Position numbers and translations under genes: made by a program | The notes under the pieces: generated by a model | What the model was told of the DNA's origin: nothing | The model's database searches: none | What the model saw: only the letters and a program-made list of their open reading frames with translations | Shown here: piece by piece, positions 8,021-15,799 of the stretch | Position numbering within the stretch: the stretch's first letter is position 1 | Layout: each line of letters opens with the position of its first letter | UHGV virus genome: UHGV-0171672 | Length of the DNA stretch: 31,138 bases | Strand: one strand, 5' to 3' | Source: a virus

Positions 8021-10530
8021 GTGACCGCAATGCACAGCTGGCGTACCCGTGGAACGCACCGCTACCGGTTATCGATCCTGAAACGTTCGGCAGAGCACAA
8101 CCAACCGCATTACGCCAGGCCATTCAGAGCTACATCAACGAGGACATTCGCATTGATGCCAGACTGGATGAAGAAACCGTCTCCTTCCTGACAAACACAG
8201 ACGAAGGCAAGCGAATTAATTCGCATCTTCACCACGACGAAGAGCGTCGGGTCAGACTGGAAAAACTGGCGAAGCACAAACGCGAGAATCCGCCCACGGT
8301 GGTATCGGAAGCCATGGCAGAACTTCGCGCCCTGCCCTCGTTTCTTGGCAACGTGCTCATTCGTGATCTGGCGCGTTTAAACCGCAAACAACAAAGCGCC
8401 CGCAATGAAGGCGTGAAAAACAACAACACTCACGTGGCCGATAACTTCGTTCGCCGTGGACTGCGCACACGCCTGAAACGCATCGAACAGGTGAATGAAT
8501 GCTTCGCCACGACGGCATTCAAAGCCACCGCAGCGCGTCATCGCCTTGATGAATTACTCATGCTGCCACAACTCAACCGTGATCAAATTCAGCGCCTTGC
8601 CACACTAACGGCGGCGGCATTTTCCACCGAACTGGAACGCATATGTGATGAAGTTACTGAGCGGACAGGAAAAGGCGACGATAACCTGTTTACCTGGTTG
8701 CTGACTTACCAGCAGCTGGCGCGCATGGCAATAAAACTGGGCGTGAACCCACCATACTGGCCGTCACTCGAGATCAGACGTGACCGCCGCACGGCACCAG
8801 ACCCTGAACTGGTACCGGGTGCGGTAATGCGTATCACCTGCGCCACCTGGTGGAACAACCAGCTGCGCCACCTCGCTGATCTCTGGCGGGAGGAATTACT
8901 GCGTGCCGCCGGAAGAGTATCGCGCAAGGCATCCCCCTACATCAGCCATGAGTCACTCCAGGAATTCCGGGAGAAACGCCAGCGCACCCGTGATTTTCTC
9001 AAAAGCTGGGACATTGAAAACGAAGACGGTGAACGCTTGAGTCTGGAGGACGTGTACTGGTCAGGGCTGGGGAATCCGCGCAACCGCCGCAACGAGATGA
9101 TGGCCTGCGTCAGAGGGATGGAACAGGTCGCCGAATCGCGTGGTGACTCCGCGTTCTTCGTGACAGTAACCTGCCCTTCCCGCTTTCACAGCGTGAACGA
9201 GGACGGCAGCCTGAACCCGAAATACAACGGTGCCACCGTGCGCGATGCCAGTGATTATCTGGTTTACGACGTCTTTGCAGCTGCAAGAAAAAAACTCAAC
9301 AAAGAAGGCCTGAGCTGGTACGGGGTGCGCACCGTTGAGCCACACCATGACGGCACACCGCACTGGCACATGCTGGTATTCACCGCCCCGGACAATGAAG
9401 AACGCATCATTGAAATCATGCGTGACGCAGCAATCAAATCAGATCGCGCAGAACTGGGGAATGATATTTCTCCGCGCTTCAAGTGCGAAAAAATCGACCC
9501 GGCAAAAGGCACACCGGCAAGCTACATCGCAACCTATATTGGCAAGAACCTGGACGCCAGCACCTTTCACGACAATGACCCGAAAACCGGCAAACCTTAC
9601 GCCGATAAAGAATCGGGAAAAACCATGGCGGAAACCGTGGAAAACGCCATTGCCTGGGCGAGTCTCCACCGCATCCGGCAGTTCCAGTTCTTCGGTATCC
9701 CGCCCCGACAGGTATGGCGTGAACTCCGCCGCCTTGCCGGACAAATGGAGCGTAACCCCGCATCACCGAAGCGCCTGGACCATGACGACATTGACGCCAT
9801 TCTGGCCGCCGCTGACGTGGGGTGTTTTGCCACCTACATCAACCGTCAGGGCGGCGTGCTCATTCCACGCAACCTGTACCTGATCCGCACCGCATACGAA
9901 ACCGCAGATGAGGCCAACGACTACGGCGAATTCCCGCAGCGCATCTACGGAATTTGTGCCCCGTCGCTCGGCGAGCGCTACACCATCTGTACCCATCCGG
10001 ACGAATGGAAACTGGTCAGAAAAGAAGCGAAATCCGACAACAGCACGGACGAGGGTTTTGACGTTGGGGGCGGCTTCGCCGCACCTTGGACTCGTGGCAA
10101 TAACTGTCCCCATGATGAAAAAACAGACACCGGAGAGGGTAAAAACCCACCACCGGAAACCAGGAAAGAACAAAAACTGGTCGTCCCGGGAGGTGATTTG
10201 GGTGAGTGGTTAAGGTCACTGACCCCCACAAAGCGAAAACAACTCACCAGGCAGCTGAAAGATGCGCCATCTGACACAAAAACCGTGAAAACCGGCGGCC
10301 CCACCACGCCCGATGACGTCATACATGTGCGTACAGCATTGCCGCTGACTGACGTCACCACCACCGTAATCAAGTCGGCACTGAGCGCGACGGGCGAGGA
10401 GCTACACAGTGGCGCAGCACTTTCCGTACACAGAGGTGCACGCGTTCGCCTGCCTGACGGGCGGATTGTGCACTGGGATGAGAAATCACGAAGCCTGGTG
10501 GCAGCAGATCAACCGGAGGTGAACCCATGA
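8017..10530 (+). CDS. A: Rolling-circle replication initiation endonuclease (P2 gpA-like)
   Basis: HUH motif TPHWHMLVF and paired tyrosines YIATYIGK; 837 aa. Confidence 0.9.
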   Translation: MSDRNAQLAYPWNAPLPVIDPETFGRAQPTALRQAIQSYINEDIRIDARLDEETVSFLTNTDEGKRINSHLHHDEERRVRLEKLAKHKRENPPTVVSEAMAELRALPSFLGNVLIRDLARLNRKQQSARNEGVKNNNTHVADNFVRRGLRTRLKRIEQVNECFATTAFKATAARHRLDELLMLPQLNRDQIQRLATLTAAAFSTELERICDEVTERTGKGDDNLFTWLLTYQQLARMAIKLGVNPPYWPSLEIRRDRRTAPDPELVPGAVMRITCATWWNNQLRHLADLWREELLRAAGRVSRKASPYISHESLQEFREKRQRTRDFLKSWDIENEDGERLSLEDVYWSGLGNPRNRRNEMMACVRGMEQVAESRGDSAFFVTVTCPSRFHSVNEDGSLNPKYNGATVRDASDYLVYDVFAAARKKLNKEGLSWYGVRTVEPHHDGTPHWHMLVFTAPDNEERIIEIMRDAAIKSDRAELGNDISPRFKCEKIDPAKGTPASYIATYIGKNLDASTFHDNDPKTGKPYADKESGKTMAETVENAIAWASLHRIRQFQFFGIPPRQVWRELRRLAGQMERNPASPKRLDHDDIDAILAAADVGCFATYINRQGGVLIPRNLYLIRTAYETADEANDYGEFPQRIYGICAPSLGERYTICTHPDEWKLVRKEAKSDNSTDEGFDVGGGFAAPWTRGNNCPHDEKTDTGEGKNPPPETRKEQKLVVPGGDLGEWLRSLTPTKRKQLTRQLKDAPSDTKTVKTGGPTTPDDVIHVRTALPLTDVTTTVIKSALSATGEELHSGAALSVHRGARVRLPDGRIVHWDEKSRSLVAADQPEVNP

Positions 10531-10931
10531 CACGATTCCATTGTGTACTCCAGCACCATGATTTCAGCGCCATCATGAGTGGACGCATTCCGGCACTGAC
10601 GCTGAGCGGCGTCAGTGTTCGACCACAGCCAGGCGACGAACTGGAGATCACGATCGCAAACCCCGATCGCAGCACAGATACCGTCATGACCGACATCCTG
10701 ACTGCAAGAACCAACACCGACAGAAGCGCATTCATCGTTGCCGTGCGCCCTCGTCGCGCCATATCAGAGCCTGAACCACTGACTCCCGTAGGAAAAATCA
10801 TGCAGGCATACCACGAAAAACAGAACAGAAAACTCAACGAAGAACTGGCAAGAACGCTGGCCGTCGTTAACCGAAAAGCGGCAATTGTCAGCTATGTGCA
10901 TTCGGCCGCCAGCAGGCAATCACGCAGGTAA
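10527..10931 (+). CDS. Hypothetical protein
   Basis: ATGA overlap with A, SD GGAGGT. Confidence 0.6.
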   Translation: MTRFHCVLQHHDFSAIMSGRIPALTLSGVSVRPQPGDELEITIANPDRSTDTVMTDILTARTNTDRSAFIVAVRPRRAISEPEPLTPVGKIMQAYHEKQNRKLNEELARTLAVVNRKAAIVSYVHSAASRQSRR

Positions 10932-10979
10932 CAAAAGACCATGAACATGACCAGAAACAGCAAACCGAAGGAGCACACC

Positions 10980-11150
10980 ATGAACGACATCAGGAGGATC
11001 AGCGACAAAGAGCTTACGAAAATGATTGAGTCGGCGCAGCAGCTGCTTTCACGACGAAATCCGGTTGTGGAAGAAACATGGTGGGAAAATTTACTGGCAG
11101 CACTGACCGAACTCCGCGAACGCCGGAACAACGAAGGAGCCGCCAAATGA
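10980..11150 (+). CDS. Small hypothetical protein
   Basis: ATG at 10980 with GAAGGAG 6 nt upstream; in-frame ATG at 10941 lacks an SD. Confidence 0.45.
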   Translation: MNDIRRISDKELTKMIESAQQLLSRRNPVVEETWWENLLAALTELRERRNNEGAAK

Positions 11151-11485
11151 AGACACCCAGAATGACCGGAAAGGTAATCATTTTACGCTACCTGGAAACG
11201 CACGCACGCTTCAGCGCACCAGAGCTGGTTGAAAAACTGGGCGTGAAAAGGACCATCATTAATCAGGCCGCCGGAAAGATGGTACGCGAAGGGCTGCTGG
11301 TTGTGGACGGGTACACGGACAAGATAACGCATTACCGGAAGCCAACGGAAAAGGAACGACTGGAGCTGGCGCAACGGGCAGAATGGCAACAAGAGCCGTC
11401 CGTAATTGAAGCCTGCAAGCGCAGCGAAATCATGAAGAGAATTCTATTTATCTACGGCGCTGGCGAAGAGCTGCCAGTCATCTAA
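11147..11485 (+). CDS. Putative winged-helix DNA-binding protein
   Basis: ATGA overlap with the previous ORF, SD GAAGGAG; KVIILRYLETHARFSAPELVEKLGVKRTIINQAAGKMVREGLLVV looks like a wHTH. Confidence 0.55.
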   Translation: MKTPRMTGKVIILRYLETHARFSAPELVEKLGVKRTIINQAAGKMVREGLLVVDGYTDKITHYRKPTEKERLELAQRAEWQQEPSVIEACKRSEIMKRILFIYGAGEELPVI

Positions 11486-11517
11486 CCCCAACAATAAAAC
11501 CAACACGGGAGACAAAT

Positions 11518-11835
11518 ATGCCAACACAGGTTGCAACAGAGGGACGACTGGCAGCAGACCCGAACACAAGGAGAACAACCAAAGGAACCAACGTCACAAC
11601 GGCACAACTGGCGGTATCACTACCCTGCCATGGCGCAGAACAGCCAACCACAATGTGGCTTTACCTTATTTCATTCGGGAAGCAGCACGAAGAACTGGCA
11701 AAACACAGAAAAGGCGATCTGATTCTGGTGCACGGAAACTTGCAGGTAAACAGGTATCAGGACAAGTACGGGCAACAGAAAGAGGGCTGGCAGTTGCTGG
11801 CGCAAAGCATTATCAGCTCAAGAACCGGGCGATGA
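11518..11835 (+). CDS. SSB-like OB-fold protein, truncated (no acidic C-tail)
   Basis: GRLAADPNTRRTTKGTNVTTAQLAV ... WLYLISFGKQHEELAKHRKGDLILVHGNLQVNRYQDKYG parallels the E. coli SSB OB-fold core. Confidence 0.6.
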   Translation: MPTQVATEGRLAADPNTRRTTKGTNVTTAQLAVSLPCHGAEQPTTMWLYLISFGKQHEELAKHRKGDLILVHGNLQVNRYQDKYGQQKEGWQLLAQSIISSRTGR

Positions 11836-11845
11836 CTTCACGCAT

Positions 11846-11886
11846 GTTACCCTTAGCAGCGAGGGTAACACAGGATTTCTTTTTTC
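11846..11886 (+). terminator. Rho-independent terminator ending the rightward early operon
   Basis: GTTACCC-N10-GGGTAAC stem followed by ACAGGATTTCTTTTTTC. Confidence 0.6.
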
Positions 11887-12592
11887 AGTCAAACCGAAAT
11901 CGGCCGCTTGTCGCGTATGCATAGGTGACCACCGCACCCAGCGCATTCACACGCTTCTTCACATAAATCACATTACCATCCTGATAGTCACCGTATGGGT
12001 AGCAAATAAAGATTGTTTTTTGCAAATCAGGATCATCAACAAATGCCCCTGAACAACTTTTTGAGCTACCGCGACTGTACTCATAGGGAGCGGAATAGAA
12101 TGAATCTTCACCCGGAAGAAAATATATCAGCGTAACCAGGAGGGTAAACAGAATCATCCAGGTAAGAAGGCACATACCCGAAAAAAACTTAAGATACGAT
12201 GTAACCCCGGTAAATTTAGACCGATCAACCAGGTTCTTTTTCAACAGGCACAGTGAGACAAAAACCGAAAGCACCACAGACACTGAAACAAGGCAGTTTG
12301 TCGTGAACGAATAAAGGTAGGTAATTCTGTAAACATCGTTTCGCCACCAAATAAAAAGAAAAATCCCCCCCAAAACAGAAAGCGTGACAAAAGTTAAATA
12401 AGGATATGAGTAATTTTTCACAGTTCTCACCCGGCAGTCTCCCACTGACTCAGACAGATGAATATCATCACCACCTGCCACAAAAAATCGCAAGATCAAA
12501 ACTACACAAAAGCGCACGAAATTGCACAATTTTTCTAATGTACTTTTTCCCCATTCCGCCCGGTAACGGCGCTGGCTGAGGCCGGTTTGCAC
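11885..12592 (-). CDS. Multi-TM membrane protein (cargo island, module 2); start uncertain
   Basis: At least three hydrophobic helices plus a ~80-aa C-terminal soluble region. The first ~25 codons of the track ORF overlap promoter-like repeat copy A, so a downstream GTG (12421 or 12430, after GGGTGAG) is the more likely start. Confidence 0.5.
   Translation of the reverse strand: MQTGLSQRRYRAEWGKSTLEKLCNFVRFCVVLILRFFVAGGDDIHLSESVGDCRVRTVKNYSYPYLTFVTLSVLGGIFLFIWWRNDVYRITYLYSFTTNCLVSVSVVLSVFVSLCLLKKNLVDRSKFTGVTSYLKFFSGMCLLTWMILFTLLVTLIYFLPGEDSFYSAPYEYSRGSSKSCSGAFVDDPDLQKTIFICYPYGDYQDGNVIYVKKRVNALGAVVTYAYATSGRFRFD
12511..12576. repeat. Promoter-like direct repeat, copy A
   Basis: agcgcacgaaattgcacaatttttctaatgtactttttcccc... 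aligns at ~75% identity (hand alignment) with 15438-15501. Confidence 0.5.
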
Positions 12593-12759
12593 GGTGCACG
12601 AAAAACGAGGCGAGTAGTGGATGAGTAAAAATTAATAATAAGTATAAGCAATGTCGATAAACCAAGACACAACAAGTATTCAACACAATTAATCATGCAC
12701 GTGCAAATAGCAATAACATTAACACATTATTTATATAAAAACAATCTGATATTATTTCG

Positions 12760-12790
12760 GTTGTGGGCTTGGTATTTTCAAACCCACAAC
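12760..12790 (-). terminator. Perfect 8-bp stem hairpin downstream of the three-gene module (non-canonical terminator candidate)
   Basis: GTTGTGGG-N15-CCCACAAC, 35 nt past the stop of the 263-aa gene in an AT-rich spacer; no clean U-tract. Confidence 0.25.
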
Positions 12791-12824
12791 AATAATATTA
12801 TTTCGAGATATTAAACATAGACAA

Positions 12825-13616
12825 TCACCCTATTTTTCTATGCATTTTCATGAGTTCCCTTATTAAGCTAGCATGAAAGATTGATACATCAGAAATCCTT
12901 GTATCAATAGATGAATCAATATTATCAGAAACCTTTTGCTCAAATAAATCGCAGATACCATCAAGTGACTCAATATCTTTTTCCAACTTAGAAAAACCCT
13001 TAAATAGATATAATGAATCCCTTAACTCCCCAAGCTTTGAAAATAGTTGGCTATCTAGTAATGATATAAATTCATCAGAGGGAAGCCCCATCGCATCCTT
13101 AAAATCTTCCGTAACTTCAAAAGCTAATCCATTAATTTTAGGGAGAATAACTTCTCGTAACCAATACCCTTCGTTTATAGCTTCATTTCTTCCTTTATAA
13201 TGCTGCCACAAAGGAACCCCTACAGATGCAATTAGCGCAATAATTGAAATTGCTATAGAGTACCATTCAGGTCCTGATTCAGGAACTCTAACGATATTAT
13301 AGAGATTCCCCGATGAGGTTGAGGGGTAATATCCATTCAGAACATAATTATCAGGTTTATCATAAAGAAGGTGCGGTGTAAACTTCCTTTCATAACTATT
13401 GCATAATTTTAGATCGCTATTTTTTCCAATGCATATATCAGCATTAAAAATGTTTCCACTCTTTGGTTCTATTACGTGAGACTCTGAATTTTGCGAATCC
13501 ATGTTAGACGCGGTTCTTTCTAGATATGTCGCAGAGCAAGCGGATATATTAACAAAAAAAATGACAGGCAATGCTGTCATTTTAAAAACAGAACACAAAT
13601 CAGAAGAACGGAACAT
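12825..13616 (-). CDS. Lipoprotein-like membrane protein with internal TM helix (cargo island)
   Basis: N-terminus MFRSSDLCSVFKMTALPVIFFVNISAC has a lipobox-like ISAC; internal helix WYSIAISIIALIASVGVPLW; 17-nt overlap with the upstream gene. Confidence 0.6.
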   Translation of the reverse strand: MFRSSDLCSVFKMTALPVIFFVNISACSATYLERTASNMDSQNSESHVIEPKSGNIFNADICIGKNSDLKLCNSYERKFTPHLLYDKPDNYVLNGYYPSTSSGNLYNIVRVPESGPEWYSIAISIIALIASVGVPLWQHYKGRNEAINEGYWLREVILPKINGLAFEVTEDFKDAMGLPSDEFISLLDSQLFSKLGELRDSLYLFKGFSKLEKDIESLDGICDLFEQKVSDNIDSSIDTRISDVSIFHASLIRELMKMHRKIG

Positions 13617-13944
13617 TTCGATGTAATCCTCTTCTCACAGCCCTATCCAGCTCAGAAAGCATTCCTTCTTTATAATTCACTCCATCTAAAGATGTTCTGC
13701 TATAAAATTCATTCGGAGATGAAAAAAGAGGCAATATATTCTCTAGCATACCCAAAAAGTATGAGCTTGACACAACCACACCATTCGGAATTGATAGAAA
13801 AATCCTATCATTGTTATCAAAAGTAAAGCGATCTATGCCAAAGAAACTATATGCCTTGCGACCATTATCACGCCCAGCAAATAATTTCTTGCCGCCATCT
13901 TTAACTAATTTATTGAAATCTATATAAATATTTGCCATTTTCAT
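13600..13944 (-). CDS. Small STAS-like (DUF4325-like) protein, partner of the GHKL ATPase
   Basis: 114 aa; segment IFLSIPNGVVVSSSYFLGMLENIL resembles the SSSF-type motif of DUF4325/STAS proteins; SD GAGGAA; 11 nt after the ATPase stop. Confidence 0.55.
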   Translation of the reverse strand: MKMANIYIDFNKLVKDGGKKLFAGRDNGRKAYSFFGIDRFTFDNNDRIFLSIPNGVVVSSSYFLGMLENILPLFSSPNEFYSRTSLDGVNYKEGMLSELDRAVRRGLHRNVPFF

Positions 13945-13955
13945 TTACCTATTCC

Positions 13956-15332
13956 TCAGGTTCTTTGAGTTGCATTTTCCGGTAAAGGAAAACGTATATT
14001 AATCATAACTCCCGGAAAACGGGCTTTCTGCATACACTTAAGATAGGTACGATCTGGTTCAGATTCAAGCCCTGTATTATTAAATGGATAAGTGAATTTG
14101 TCACTTTGGTTATCTAACGTTTGCTTTTTCAACTTATAAGAACCATCAAAGTTTATATGTGTGCATCCAGAAATTAAAGACATTCTGATGTTTCCACTTA
14201 GTTCTTTGGATAGTTCTTTTAAACTATCATGCATATCCTGGAAAAACTTCAATAGCTCAATGGTTCCCGTACCAGAACTATCTGTCTCCGTTTCATTTTT
14301 ACAACTAACCCGCCCCTGCAAAGCAGCGACTGTAATCAAACCTTCTCTAAACATCCCTTTTTTATTTATGTGTTTTTCCACATAAGGGATTATGTGATTG
14401 TTATATGAATAATGTTCTAAAGAAAGTCCTGAAAAAGTTTCATCAATAGTTTTTCCAAAGTTAAAAACAGCTATTTCACATGTTGGCTGTTTTAAGCCAT
14501 TATTTACAAACCCCCTCAAATACCAACGCGGACGCTGCTCAAGCCCACAATGTCTCTCTGCATTATCAAGTAATTCGCCCATGCAAGATGTTAGATGGTT
14601 TTCTGCCTTGCTAACTAATTTTAATTGATGATCACTTAGACACTCGTTTATATAATTAGTGAATTTCTCAGACATTCTATTTTTGGTATCTTGTGCAAAT
14701 GCAGACGCATTTTCCTTGCCGATACTATCAGCAGAGAATATTCTTTTCTTAGGGTTATCTTTTTTCGATTTTTCTGTTTCATCATGCACCTTCCCTGGCG
14801 TCACTTTATTTATTTCTTTAACCAACCCGATGTCACGAATAATTTCTAAATATTTTTCATCCTTCGGATAAATGCCATTAAGTTGTACTTGAGCATCTTT
14901 TAAATTTATATTGTGACGTTTGGCTGAGCTCAGTGCAACACCAAGGAGACATTCCGCACCTAAACAATGCTTTTTATTTTTAGTATAATCAAGCAAATAT
15001 GATTTACGTTTACCCCTGGCAATCAATCTAGTTACACCATGAATAAACAAAAGAGATTTTTCTGGATGATCAAACAAATCGAAATATTTAGGTATTATTA
15101 TTCTATCTTCTTTGCGACGAAGAGTTGCAGTATCATATTTCTTTACGGATGAAATACTTTCAATAAAAGTAGCCACCTGACTTTTCACTGGTGTTACTTC
15201 GTCAGAAAAATGTAACCTTTCATAGGCTTTATATTTAATTCTTCTTTTATTTTTTCTCTCAACGCCTTTTAAAAAGCGAATCCAACCACGTAAAAAGCGT
15301 TTTCTTGCATCCTTTTTATCTATTTTTTTCAC
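13956..15332 (-). CDS. GHKL-type (histidine-kinase-like) ATPase with basic N-terminal domain
   Basis: N-box ELLDNAERH (encoded around 14551-14577) and Gly-rich DSSGTGTIELL; GTG start at 15332 after AAGGTGA; K/R-rich ~240-aa N-terminal region. Confidence 0.7.
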   Translation of the reverse strand: MKKIDKKDARKRFLRGWIRFLKGVERKNKRRIKYKAYERLHFSDEVTPVKSQVATFIESISSVKKYDTATLRRKEDRIIIPKYFDLFDHPEKSLLFIHGVTRLIARGKRKSYLLDYTKNKKHCLGAECLLGVALSSAKRHNINLKDAQVQLNGIYPKDEKYLEIIRDIGLVKEINKVTPGKVHDETEKSKKDNPKKRIFSADSIGKENASAFAQDTKNRMSEKFTNYINECLSDHQLKLVSKAENHLTSCMGELLDNAERHCGLEQRPRWYLRGFVNNGLKQPTCEIAVFNFGKTIDETFSGLSLEHYSYNNHIIPYVEKHINKKGMFREGLITVAALQGRVSCKNETETDSSGTGTIELLKFFQDMHDSLKELSKELSGNIRMSLISGCTHINFDGSYKLKKQTLDNQSDKFTYPFNNTGLESEPDRTYLKCMQKARFPGVMINIRFPLPENATQRT

Positions 15333-15429
15333 TATTCACCTTACTTAACAAACATCTATACTACTTCGTTGCAAAGTATACATATCACTTGCTAATACAC
15401 AATATGGCTTCGAGATAATCCGCAGCATC

Positions 15430-15456
15430 TGCACAATAGTGCACAAATTTGCATAA
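15430..15456. promoter_or_regulatory. Three TGCA(C/T)AA heptamers at 10-bp spacing (candidate regulator binding array)
   Basis: TGCACAAtagTGCACAAattTGCATAA; two related copies in repeat A (GCGCACG at 12512, TGCACAA at 12523). Confidence 0.35.
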
Positions 15457-15501
15457 TTTTTTTGAACGACTTTTTGCCCTTCCGGCCCGCGTGGCGGCTG
15501 G
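15438..15501. repeat. Promoter-like direct repeat, copy B (upstream of the GHKL ATPase operon)
   Basis: agtgcacaaatttgcataatttttttgaacgactttttgccc...; see copy A at 12511-12576. Confidence 0.5.
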
Positions 15502-15700
15502 ATCCGTCAAGGATCCGTGCGTGCACAAAAAAACACGCTTTTTCTGCGCGCAGGCGACGAGGGAAGGGCGCCCGAATTGAGGGGTGGAAGGCAGGTTGCT
15601 TTATTTGGGGTCGTATTGCGCGTGATACGCCAGCAGTGAAGCCTGTTTTAAAAAACCACATCAAAACATGGTCAGGGAAACAGGCCGTCAGAATGCGTCT

Positions 15701-15732
15701 GGCGAGGTCGGAGATCGGGAGGGAAACGGACG
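15701..15732. other. Candidate cos region
   Basis: GGCGAGGTCGGAGATCGGGAGGGAAACGGACG begins like the P2 cohesive end as I recall it (GGCGAGGCGGGGAAAGCAC) and sits ~70-100 bp beyond the 3' end of Q, as in P2. Memory-based. Confidence 0.25.
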
Positions 15733-15748
15733 TCAGGAGCTGGAGAGT

Positions 15749-15773
15749 CGGGGCATAAATTTTTTATGCCCCG
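15749..15773. other. Perfect 11-bp inverted repeat (hairpin) between cos-like region and Q
   Basis: CGGGGCATAAA-TTT-TTTATGCCCCG; no adjoining U-tract on either strand. Confidence 0.4.
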
Positions 15774-15799
15774 GCGAAGCAGCCGACAAGCGAAGCGCG

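Noticed and set aside
9061-10373. Cluster of ORFs in alternative frames and on the minus strand within gene A
   Set aside because: All lie inside the 837-aa replication initiator gene with its HUH motif; Pro/Arg/Ser-rich translations typical of off-frame reading of GC-rich coding DNA.
12468-12686. 72-aa minus-strand ORF
   Set aside because: Overlaps repeat copy A and the AT-rich spacer; more likely promoter/leader sequence.
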